Below are positions 1-8,612 of a stretch of 64,000 nt of DNA, in pieces. The first letter of the stretch is position 1. The number at the start of each line of letters is the position of its first letter. The notes below the pieces were generated by a model. The model did not search any database. It saw only the letters and a list, made by a program, of their open reading frames with translations, and had not been told where the DNA came from. This DNA is from Candidatus Zixiibacteriota bacterium. GTDB taxonomy: Bacteria > Zixibacteria > MSB-5A5 > GN15 > JAAZOE01. A program made the translations under genes and the position numbers. The stretch is from assembly GCA_023138975.1 (NCBI GenBank), contig JAGLON010000018.1, forward strand, positions 32,381 to 96,380, read 5' to 3'.

Positions 1-3000
1 TCTCAAATTACAGTAAAGGTGGAGTTTAGTGGAACGAGCACTGATAATATATTATTGCCCACTGATAACACGGCTACTGATAATTATGACAATATGTACC
101 GTCAGGAAATAATAAATTATGATCAAATGCCTTCGGGAGTCAAAACAACTACTGGATCATCACAAGCTCTATCCACAGGGTACGATTATTTAATTATTTC
201 TGCGGATCAATACGTTAGTTATCTGACACCCTTCAGCGATTGGAAAAATTCGTTAGGTTTTTCAACGCAAATTACACCGGTTTCATCGATAGGATCAACC
301 GTTGCTCAGATTAAAGCTTACATAACACAAGAATATAATAACAATGCTATACAATATGTATTATTGGTTGGTGATGAATCCGACATACCTGCCTACACGG
401 GCTATGGATTTTTTAGTGACTACTATTACTCATTAATTGTAGGAACGGACAATTATCCGGATATAGGCATTGGTCGTATTTCGGCCACCAATAGTACTCA
501 TGTTAGCAATATGATTACCAAGAGTATAACTTATGAACAGAATCCACCGGACGGAGATTGGTTAGAAAGCGCCCTTTTGGTAGCCAATTATCAAGATGCT
601 CCAGGTAAATATCAGGGATGTAAAGAGAATATACGAACTGCGTCGGAAACTCAATCCGGGGGTTATTCAGTTCTTTATCCCAATTTCACGACCGCCTATG
701 GGGCGTCAATAGCAAATGGCGGAGATGAGGCCACTAATACGGATGTGATTAATCATATCAATTCCGGTTTCAGAGTCGTTAATTATCGCGGCCACGGTAG
801 TCAAACTACCTGGGCGTACTGGAATATATATGGTGAATATTTCGCGCCCACACAGGTTGATCTAATAAACAATAATACCAAAACCCCTGTGGTATTTAGC
901 ATCGCTTGTCTCAATTCAGAGCTACAATACGGTTCTCCTTGTTTGGCTGAGCTGTTCACAAGACCCGACGATGTGGCGGTAGCATTTCTTGGTGCCTCCG
1001 ATCCTTCATATACAACCGTTAATCATGTTTATGATGAGAGAATATTCTCGGCCATATATGATGAAGGTGTTAATGAAATCGGAAATGTCTCCAATCTGGC
1101 CGCAGTTCACATTATTAGTCAATTCGGAACCTATGGACTTACTAATGCCAGAATGTACCTATGGTTGGGTGATCCAAGTTTAGGAATTATCTATAATCCT
1201 ATATTTGCAGATACCGATGAAGACGGCATTCTTGACGATGGTGACTTCAGCGGTGTTGTCGGAGATAATCCCTGTACCGGTGGTGCTACCACAAACTGCG
1301 ATGACAACTGCCTTACCGTTGCTAATGCCGATCAGGCAGACGGCGATGGCGATGGTATCGGCGATGCCTGTGACGGACCTACACCTAATTTTGTATTTCC
1401 AAATTCATATTTTTCGAATATTGCTCCCAATATGGAAGTCTTTAGTGAATTCCCCGTAACTATGGATCCGGCATCTTTTAATACCAACACCTTTAAGGTA
1501 TTTTCACGATCCAGTGGTTTAACATCAGGAACATATGATTACAACGAATCCCTGAAATGGTACTGGTTCGGACAGGATGTAAACCATCGGGCAGGAGAAA
1601 TTGTTTCATATGTTCTCACCAGTGAAATTACAACCTCTGACGGAATTCCTATTAAACCGTTTGTCGGTACCTACATGGTTCGCACCAGCAGTGAGTCTTA
1701 TGGTACCTTGGGTGAGCATACTATCCTAACAGCAGGTAATAAACCGGTAGGTGCCTTTCCAGCCGATCTGGATGGGGATGGAGATATTGATCTTGCTGTT
1801 CCTAACCATGATTCTCATACTCTATCAATCTATATGAATGACGGTACCGGTTCTTTTGCCGGTCAGGTCAGTTATCCCGCGGGTGGCAATAATCCATGGG
1901 ATGTAACTGCTCGAGATTTCGATGGCGATGGTGACCTTGATCTCGCTACAGCAAATTACGGTACTAATAATGTCTCCGTGTATTTAAACAACGGTAGTGG
2001 AGTCTTTACCGTTTCCGCTACCTATGCCGCCGGTGATCGACCACACCCCATTCTGGCAGAAGATCTTGATGGAGACGGTGATTTTGATCTTATCGCAGCT
2101 AATTTGAATTCTGACGATATTTCCGTCTACTTCAACAATGGTGACGGTACCTTTACCGATCAACAAACAGTGTCTGTAGGTAATGGACCGATAGGCCTGG
2201 CCGGAGCTGACTATGATCGAGACGGTGATATAGACATCTTCACCGCGAATTATAGCGGTAGTACTATTGGCCTTCTTAAGAACAATGGTAATGGTACATT
2301 CGAGACAGCACAACAATTATCTATGGGTGCCAGCGGTCCCTTCAATGTTATCGCTATCGATATGAGCGGCGACGGCCTGGTCGATCTAGCAACAGCCAAT
2401 CGCGGCTCGAATGATGTTTCTGTGATTTTACAAAACTTCAGTGGTGATTTTGGTCCGGCAACGGTCTATGATGCAGGCACAGATCCATACTACGTTTGTG
2501 CTGCTGATATAGACGGTGATTGGCACGTTGATCTGATTTCTGCGAATTTGAATTCAGACGATCTATCAATCTATATGAATGACGGCAGTGGTGGCTTTGG
2601 AACTGAATCACGAATCCCTGCAGGCAACGGACCTCTCTGGGTCTGTGCGGCAGATTTCAATGCCGATGACATGATTGATATCGCTGTCGCCAATGCTTTC
2701 TCTAACAACATGTCAATCTATTATAATGCTATGGAAGGACCATTGTTAACTTCACCGAGTAACGGTTATTCAACTTATAGCCATAGCATTGGTCTCAATT
2801 GGGAAGATTTTACAGGCGCAACAAGCTATGAGGTTGTAGTCGATGGTGATCCGACATTTGGTTCTATCGATCGTCAACAAACAGGCCTAACAATTTCCCA
2901 ATGGTTGATCACACCCAATTTGGGGCACGGCAAGTTTTATTGGAAAGTCCGCGCGCAAACATCAAGCGGCCCATCCAACTGGTCCCAGGTTAGATACTTC

Positions 3001-4242
3001 ACAATTAAGAGTCGACCAACATCCTGTCCTGTACTGTTTACTCATGACGGTACTAACTTCATAAAGGACAATCCGATTCTGACAGCTTGTGAAAAATCTG
3101 GATATGTCGACATAGTAACGGATTATTACCATGTGGCACAATCGGTTGTTCCAGAAAAAGGCACCGCCACATTCCAACTCCGTGAAATGGAAGATGAAAT
3201 CACGTATCTCTATGATCTTGAATTACTGGTAGTTGACCATAGCGTCAACTCAAAAATCGCGTGTTCACCTTCCGGTGATATCACAACGTATGTGACAACA
3301 CTATTACCGACAGCAGCCATTGATAATCTTGGGCGTGATCAGATTGAAGCAATCAGCAATGAAGATGGAGTCATGTTTGAATCAAGTGAAACAGGATGGC
3401 TCGATTTGACATTCGAGACAGGTTCGGATGCGCCTTTGACAGGTGGTATTGTCCTTGACGCACCACCTAAAAAAATCTGCCTCGATCCTGATCCCAATCA
3501 CGAGAAAGCCAATCCAAACGCAGATAACACCGAAGAGAATACCGATGTCCGCGTAGAGTATAAAAATCTTGATGGCGAGTGGAAACAACTACCTTCCATA
3601 CCGCCTCGAGCTATCATCGGTCAGGATGTACTCATGGCACCGATCGAATCCAATCAGATAACGATTCGTGTATCATGGGATAAAAACTATTCTACCGATC
3701 TAATTCAATACTTTATTGTGAGTGATGAAAGTCCGGTCATAACAACTCACCGGATTAGCTATGGAACAACAACACTGAATAAAACGGCCAGAGATTGGAC
3801 TGAATTCGCAAATGATAAACCGCTGGTTCTGACCAAAGGGGACATTTTCGAATTCTCGTTCAATATTGGAACAGCCACAGATGATAATCTTACACGAGAT
3901 TATATCATTCGGGCAGTTGGCCGATATCAGCCTGATTACACAGTATTTACTAGACATGCCCCGGATATGCCGCAATTACATGGCAACTTCCCGAATCCGT
4001 TCAACCCGACAACAACAATCAGCTATGATCTATCGTCAGAAGGTGACGTACGTCTGGAAGTTTTCAACGTGCTCGGGCAGCAAGTCATTGAGCTGGTCAA
4101 TAAGTACCAGCCCCCAGGCAGCTATGATGTAACCTGGGACAGTAGAGATAATAATAATCAACCGGTTTCAAGTGGAATCTACTTCTATCGCTTATCGATT
4201 GGCGAATACAGCGAATCAAAGAAGATGTTACTCCTGAAGTAG
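1..4242 (+). CDS. Secreted multidomain peptidase: C25 (gingipain-like) catalytic domain, Asp/Cys-rich TSP3-like module, ~8 FG-GAP/VCBS repeats, Fn3-like domain, T9SS-type C-terminal sorting domain; 5' end outside window
   Basis: Frame 1 is open from nt 1, with no stop before the GTG at 19 and no signal peptide, so the N-terminus lies upstream. C25-type motifs are present: YDYLIISAD, LLVGDESDIP, NYRGHGS (His) and FSIACLNS (Cys). FG-GAP-like repeats follow the pattern DLDGDGDxDL..N..S.Y.N.G.G.F. The C-terminus reads FPNPFNPTTTISYDL...SGIYFYRL...KKMLLLK. Confidence 0.8.
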   Translation, partial: SQITVKVEFSGTSTDNILLPTDNTATDNYDNMYRQEIINYDQMPSGVKTTTGSSQALSTGYDYLIISADQYVSYLTPFSDWKNSLGFSTQITPVSSIGSTVAQIKAYITQEYNNNAIQYVLLVGDESDIPAYTGYGFFSDYYYSLIVGTDNYPDIGIGRISATNSTHVSNMITKSITYEQNPPDGDWLESALLVANYQDAPGKYQGCKENIRTASETQSGGYSVLYPNFTTAYGASIANGGDEATNTDVINHINSGFRVVNYRGHGSQTTWAYWNIYGEYFAPTQVDLINNNTKTPVVFSIACLNSELQYGSPCLAELFTRPDDVAVAFLGASDPSYTTVNHVYDERIFSAIYDEGVNEIGNVSNLAAVHIISQFGTYGLTNARMYLWLGDPSLGIIYNPIFADTDEDGILDDGDFSGVVGDNPCTGGATTNCDDNCLTVANADQADGDGDGIGDACDGPTPNFVFPNSYFSNIAPNMEVFSEFPVTMDPASFNTNTFKVFSRSSGLTSGTYDYNESLKWYWFGQDVNHRAGEIVSYVLTSEITTSDGIPIKPFVGTYMVRTSSESYGTLGEHTILTAGNKPVGAFPADLDGDGDIDLAVPNHDSHTLSIYMNDGTGSFAGQVSYPAGGNNPWDVTARDFDGDGDLDLATANYGTNNVSVYLNNGSGVFTVSATYAAGDRPHPILAEDLDGDGDFDLIAANLNSDDISVYFNNGDGTFTDQQTVSVGNGPIGLAGADYDRDGDIDIFTANYSGSTIGLLKNNGNGTFETAQQLSMGASGPFNVIAIDMSGDGLVDLATANRGSNDVSVILQNFSGDFGPATVYDAGTDPYYVCAADIDGDWHVDLISANLNSDDLSIYMNDGSGGFGTESRIPAGNGPLWVCAADFNADDMIDIAVANAFSNNMSIYYNAMEGPLLTSPSNGYSTYSHSIGLNWEDFTGATSYEVVVDGDPTFGSIDRQQTGLTISQWLITPNLGHGKFYWKVRAQTSSGPSNWSQVRYFTIKSRPTSCPVLFTHDGTNFIKDNPILTACEKSGYVDIVTDYYHVAQSVVPEKGTATFQLREMEDEITYLYDLELLVVDHSVNSKIACSPSGDITTYVTTLLPTAAIDNLGRDQIEAISNEDGVMFESSETGWLDLTFETGSDAPLTGGIVLDAPPKKICLDPDPNHEKANPNADNTEENTDVRVEYKNLDGEWKQLPSIPPRAIIGQDVLMAPIESNQITIRVSWDKNYSTDLIQYFIVSDESPVITTHRISYGTTTLNKTARDWTEFANDKPLVLTKGDIFEFSFNIGTATDDNLTRDYIIRAVGRYQPDYTVFTRHAPDMPQLHGNFPNPFNPTTTISYDLSSEGDVRLEVFNVLGQQVIELVNKYQPPGSYDVTWDSRDNNNQPVSSGIYFYRLSIGEYSESKKMLLLK

Positions 4243-4259
4243 TAGTTTCATATGCAATG

Positions 4260-4284
4260 AAAAGGCGGTCAATGGCCGCCTTTT
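4260..4284 (+). terminator. Rho-independent terminator of the C25 peptidase gene
   Basis: aaaaGGCGGtcaatggCCGCCtttt lies 18 nt after the stop codon. The A-run and T-run extend the stem. Confidence 0.6.
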
Positions 4285-4527
4285 CAACTTTAGGTACAAT
4301 CATCCACAATACTTTATCTGCCAGGAAAACGTCGTTAAACGATTTATATACTTGCTCGCTATTCACCAATTCAAGCCAATAATAATATTGTAATATAGTA
4401 GTTTTGAATCTACGCCTGTAGCCCAGGATAAGGGATAAAGCATTAAGTAGCGTTATTGCAGAATAAAGACGAACTGACTTGTCGTCGCAACCACCTGCCA
4501 CGCTAAGAGTTATCACAATCGGGTTAA

Positions 4528-4688
4528 TATGGCGGAGAGGCAGGGATTCTCAGTCGGTGGTTTTCGTTAAGTATATAATAGGCCGCAAATTGGGCGTATT
4601 CTAATGCTGTCACTTGTGTTAAGTTAGATCAAGTTGGTTCAAGTTACGTCAAGTTGAGTGAAGTAGATTGTTAGAAAATCGTTAGAAT
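4528..4688 (-). repeat. att-like junction A: 22-nt tRNA-Ser 3'-end core plus conserved ~139-nt arm containing 10-bp-phased iterons
   Basis: tatggcggagaggcagggattc is identical to 36934-36955. The following 139 nt are about 81% identical by hand alignment to 12518-12666, with one 10-nt indel. Confidence 0.7.
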
Positions 4689-4762
4689 AAATTGCCTCGA
4701 CAGCTTTAGAAATTACCAAAATATAGCTGTTTTAGAGTTTATTGTAGTACTTTTATAAACAA

Positions 4763-4911
4763 ATGAAGATTTCAAGATTGCCTCAGATGAGATTGCAGAC
4801 CTTCTCAGTGTTCAGAAAACTACGATCTAACAGTGGACGTATGAAGGATTTATATTGTATTTAAAGCTGTGGCGGTATGTGAGATACGAAGTGATAGATG
4901 TTGAGATGTGA
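4763..4911 (+). pseudogene. Decayed excisionase/AlpA-like HTH_17 DNA-binding gene (frameshift near start plus in-frame TAA)
   Basis: The frame from 4759 translates as TNEDFKIASDEIADLLSVQKTTI*QWTYEGFILYLKLWRYVRYEVIDVEM. This matches the HTH_17 pattern xxEIAxLLxVSKxTIYRWxxEGxIPxxKLGRxxRFxxxDVExW. The TAA at 4828-4830 replaces the conserved Tyr codon. The only ATG (4763) is one frame off. Confidence 0.45.
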
Positions 4912-5049
4912 GTGGAGAAGTGGTCGGATGGAATAATATCAAATGATCGTGTTAGCCCAAAGAGCGTTGGACAGTACAGCGTAATCGCTCAATGCTGTCC
5001 GATCATCAGGAAGATGGTCCCTCGACATTAGAATAGGCAGTGTCGGGCC

Positions 5050-5078
5050 TTGCAAATATAGACAATATTTTATATCTT
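5050..5078 (+). promoter_or_regulatory. Possible sigma70-type promoter of the TPR-CHAT gene
   Basis: TTGCAA (5050-5055), a 17-nt spacer, then TATCTT (5073-5078), 54 nt upstream of the ATG. The context is AT-rich, so a chance match is plausible. Confidence 0.25.
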
Positions 5079-5131
5079 TACTACATATCTATTCTTATTA
5101 AAACAACATGTAATAACGTCTGAGAGGTATC

Positions 5132-7897
5132 ATGAAATCGGCTATCCTAGTGTTTGGATTTGTAGTTCTTTCAGTATTATGTTGTCAACAGGTGAATGCG
5201 CAGAACTGGGAAGAGTCATTGAAAACCGCTGATTCTCTTGCCGAATTGCATAACTACGATTCTGCAATTGTGGTTGGGAACCTGGCATTGATGCATGCTG
5301 AGAAAGAATTCGGCAAGGAAGATACTGTAGTTGCAAACGTATTGTGTCGCTTGGCACTTTATTATGAATCCCTACGTAAATTTGCCGAAGCTGAGCAACT
5401 AATTATACGGTCAACAAAAATAAGAGAGAATATCCTGGGATCAGATCACATAGATGTTGCAAGGCGCTTGAACTCAAGGGCGATTCTACTCTCGAGACAG
5501 GCCAAATATGCTGAAGCTGAACCGCTCTTTGCCCGGGCGTTGGCAATTAGAGAGAAGGTCTTCAGTCCGGACCATGCGGAAGTGGTGAGGAGTATCAACA
5601 ACCTAGCGATTATCTACAAGAAGCTAGGCATGTATGCCGAAGCAGAATTGCTTTATAATCAAGTACTGACAATCGCAAAACAAACACAACATCCACAAAT
5701 GGCTATGTTCCTACGTAACTTGGGGAGTCTTTTTTGGACTCAATGTAGATATCAGGAAGCTGAACCATATCTTATTCATGCATTGACCACAAATGAGAAT
5801 AATTTTGGCCTTGAGCACTGGGCAGTGGCGTCAAACTTGGGTCTACTTGCAAAATTCTACCGTGAGCAAGGCAGATATGATAAAGCCGAGCCGCTTCTCC
5901 TGCGGGCACTGGCCATAAACAAGAAGATCTTTGGTCCAGAGTACCCTGCGGTATCGGAAATCCAAAACGAACTTGCAAATCTTTATGTAGAGTTGGGCAA
6001 AAACGCAGAGGCCGAGGCACTGTATAACAAGGCACTAGCAATCAGAGAAAGAGCTCACCAGAATCACGATCTTGTTGCTGAGACTCTCGAACGAATGTCC
6101 AGGCTATGTCGTATTGAGAAGAACCAATCTGAAGCACTTGAGCTTGCCAAACGTGCCTGTCGGATAAGATTGAAGAACCTCTACGATAACATAGCCTTGA
6201 GTTCTGAAAAGGACGCTCTTGCGTTCTCTCAGAGTTCGAGAAACTCAGTAAACAACTACTTGACTTGCTTCATTGATCTTCAGCCTGCAAATGGTGCTTT
6301 CACCAAGGAAACAGCCAATATAGTCTACAGTAACAAGGGTCTTATTTCCGACGGTATATTTGAAAGGCAAAAGAGCATCGTTCGAGAGACTGATTCTGCC
6401 ACTTTGGCTCTGGCCGAGTCCTTCAAATCTACCAAATCTCAATTATCGAAGCTTTTCGTCAAGGGTCCAGGCGCGGACATACAGGTTTACCGGAAAGAAG
6501 TAGATTCGCTCGAGAGTTTCGCCATTCAATTGGAAGCCAACCTTTCACGCCGAAGCGCCAGCTTCAGACAATATAAAGATAACAGAGATATCAGCGTCAA
6601 TAGACTGGCCTCACTTCTGAGTTATAAGGATATCCTTGTTGAATATTTGAAGTATGACTACTATCAAGTCAAACCTGATAGCAGTATTCCTCGTTACTTG
6701 GCGGTTCTATTAACGAATGAAGCCAAGCCAATTATTGTCAACCTTGGCGATGCTACTGAGATTGAACAGTCAATCGACATGTATCGCAAGCATATGGCAT
6801 ATATCTCGACTGCCGGTTCAGTAGCCACTTTAGCTGACCTTGAGGACTACGGCAGGATTTCGCGCAAGCTCCATCAGCTAATCTGGCAACCGATTGAGGG
6901 GTTTATCGTCGACAAAGAACTAGCGTTGATTGCTCCTGATGCAGCCCTCAATACAATATCTTTTGCAGGTCTGGTAGGCAGCGATGAATCCTATTTGATA
7001 GAGAGTTGTGCTATCCACTATTTGTCAGCCGGGCGAGATATTATTCGTCTGAATGCTCTCTCTGAATCAGGGGTCGGGTTATTTGCTTTGGGAAACCCTG
7101 ACTATGATGCGTCAGCCTCGGATCGCTCAATAGGGCTGCCGGAGTCGGCAAGCGCTATCACGAAAATCGACTATGCTGTTAATAGAAATATTCGTTCAGG
7201 TTGTGGAGAACTTAGTGAGATCGATTTGTCTCCATTACCTGGATCCAATTTGGAAATCCAAAATATAGCAGCAATCTGGGAAGGAACAATGGATGAGCTG
7301 GCAGTCATCTGTTTAGGTAGAAACGCTACCGAAGATAGGTTTAAAGTAAATGCACCCGGCAAGCGTGTTATTCACTTGGCCACACATGGTTATTTCCTTG
7401 GGGGCGATTGTGAATTAGACATGGCGGAAAACAGATATGAATCTAAGATTAGATGGACTGGTGAGAACCCCTTACTTCATTCGGGCCTGTTTTTTGCCGG
7501 TGCTAATCATCATGGAGAGGGTGCTGATAGTGCCGGTGTCGAGGATGGGATATTGACGGCATACGAAGTCTCAGCTTTAGATTTGCTGGGAACTGAGCTT
7601 GTGGTCCTCTCGGCGTGCGAAACCGGGTTGGGGAGGATTCAGTCAGGAGAAGGCGTGTATGGTCTACGTCGTGCGTTTCAAATAGCCGGTGCCGAGACTG
7701 TAATAAGTACTCTGTGGTCTGTGTCTGATCAGATGGCCGCAGAGATGTCGAGCAAGCTTTATGACAGAAAGGGCGTGTCTCTACCAGATACGATTCGACG
7801 AATCCAACTAGAAAAGATTGATGAACTGCGGCGACAGAATAAAGTCGATCACCCGATAAGTTGGGGCGCTCTGGTTGCGTACGGCAATTGGCGCTAA
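5132..7897 (+). CDS. Exported TPR-repeat CHAT-domain (caspase-fold) protease, copy 1
   Basis: The signal peptide reads MKSAILVFGFVVLSVLCCQQVNAQ. Multiple TPR_12-like repeats follow the pattern AEAEPL..RALAI.EK..G..HP.VA..LNNLA.LY. The CHAT dyad is intact: IHLATHGY (His codon 7385-7387) and LVVLSACETGLG (Cys codon 7616-7618). Confidence 0.85.
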   Translation: MKSAILVFGFVVLSVLCCQQVNAQNWEESLKTADSLAELHNYDSAIVVGNLALMHAEKEFGKEDTVVANVLCRLALYYESLRKFAEAEQLIIRSTKIRENILGSDHIDVARRLNSRAILLSRQAKYAEAEPLFARALAIREKVFSPDHAEVVRSINNLAIIYKKLGMYAEAELLYNQVLTIAKQTQHPQMAMFLRNLGSLFWTQCRYQEAEPYLIHALTTNENNFGLEHWAVASNLGLLAKFYREQGRYDKAEPLLLRALAINKKIFGPEYPAVSEIQNELANLYVELGKNAEAEALYNKALAIRERAHQNHDLVAETLERMSRLCRIEKNQSEALELAKRACRIRLKNLYDNIALSSEKDALAFSQSSRNSVNNYLTCFIDLQPANGAFTKETANIVYSNKGLISDGIFERQKSIVRETDSATLALAESFKSTKSQLSKLFVKGPGADIQVYRKEVDSLESFAIQLEANLSRRSASFRQYKDNRDISVNRLASLLSYKDILVEYLKYDYYQVKPDSSIPRYLAVLLTNEAKPIIVNLGDATEIEQSIDMYRKHMAYISTAGSVATLADLEDYGRISRKLHQLIWQPIEGFIVDKELALIAPDAALNTISFAGLVGSDESYLIESCAIHYLSAGRDIIRLNALSESGVGLFALGNPDYDASASDRSIGLPESASAITKIDYAVNRNIRSGCGELSEIDLSPLPGSNLEIQNIAAIWEGTMDELAVICLGRNATEDRFKVNAPGKRVIHLATHGYFLGGDCELDMAENRYESKIRWTGENPLLHSGLFFAGANHHGEGADSAGVEDGILTAYEVSALDLLGTELVVLSACETGLGRIQSGEGVYGLRRAFQIAGAETVISTLWSVSDQMAAEMSSKLYDRKGVSLPDTIRRIQLEKIDELRRQNKVDHPISWGALVAYGNWR

Positions 7898-7925
7898 GAC
7901 TGTACTGGAAAAGGCACCTGCATCA

Positions 7926-8612
7926 CTACGGATCTATTTTAAAAGTATATTTAAGCTTACAGGTTGTTGAATTAGAGCCAGCGCAGGTGACAATCAAGTG
8001 ATATGAACCGGGCTTCATCACCCGGTTAGGGATAATAATCTGCCCCATGCCGCGCTCATCAATCGAGCCAAAAGAGTCCAAGCGCACTACTTCTCCACCT
8101 CGATCGTCGATAACCAATAAGTCATAGAGTCTGCCGGGTGAGTAGTCGGGAACCGCAAAACTTATCGCGGCATCCAGGCCTGCCCCAATAGAGAGCACAT
8201 TAGTTGCAGTAGCGCGGGTTGGTATGAGACGTATCATCTGTACTGGTCGAACATCTCCGGTATCCCCAATCATTACACGCAATCCTATTAGAGTTGGAAT
8301 GACCATCAGGAGTACAAGCAACAGACAGATAGCTGGCTTGAAAACCAAAGGAGCGTCCGGCCACAGATACCGGATCAGTGTCTTCGTTGAAGTAATACTC
8401 TGAGTGGGCTGGGCATGTCGAGCCATTGCCTTTTTTATCTTCGAGCTGTTACGAAGCACTCCTGCATACTTTTCAAATGCGACTACTTCGTTCAGACAGT
8501 GCTCGCATTGCATCAGATGAATCTCCAGACGCTTCTCATCTTCGTCAGAAAGCGCACCCAGTTCATAGGCCGGCAACAGAGCACCCAGATTCTTGTCGGT
8601 GCAGTTTGTCAT
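7926..8612 (-). CDS. Single-pass zf-HC2 anti-sigma factor with extracytoplasmic beta-rich domain, copy 1
   Basis: The zinc-finger motif is HLMQCEHCLNEV and the TM segment is AICLLLVLLMVIPTLIGL. I prefer the start at 8612 (MTNCTDKNLGALLPAYELG). It makes an ATGA overlap with the sigma stop and aligns with the paralogue MKTACVDKSIGSLIHAYELG. Confidence 0.75.
   Translation of the reverse strand: MTNCTDKNLGALLPAYELGALSDEDEKRLEIHLMQCEHCLNEVVAFEKYAGVLRNSSKIKKAMARHAQPTQSITSTKTLIRYLWPDAPLVFKPAICLLLVLLMVIPTLIGLRVMIGDTGDVRPVQMIRLIPTRATATNVLSIGAGLDAAISFAVPDYSPGRLYDLLVIDDRGGEVVRLDSFGSIDERGMGQIIIPNRVMKPGSYHLIVTCAGSNSTTCKLKYTFKIDP

Noticed and set aside
4097-4516. 139-aa minus-strand ORF ending inside the C25 peptidase gene
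   Set aside because: It overlaps 146 nt of a strongly supported CDS and runs straight through that gene's terminator hairpin. I see no recognisable motif. It is most likely a chance ORF in the AT-rich spacer.
4430-4527. Possible third copy of the P' arm left of the 4528 core
   Set aside because: I could align only about 18 of 28 positions next to the core, and nothing convincing further left. In AT-rich DNA this is not distinguishable from chance, so I treat this side as the chromosomal flank.
4619-4688. Repeat array considered as a degenerate CRISPR or tandem coding repeat
   Set aside because: The units are 10 nt and contiguous, with no spacers. There is no ORF and there are no cas genes. 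The array is interpreted instead as protein-binding iterons.
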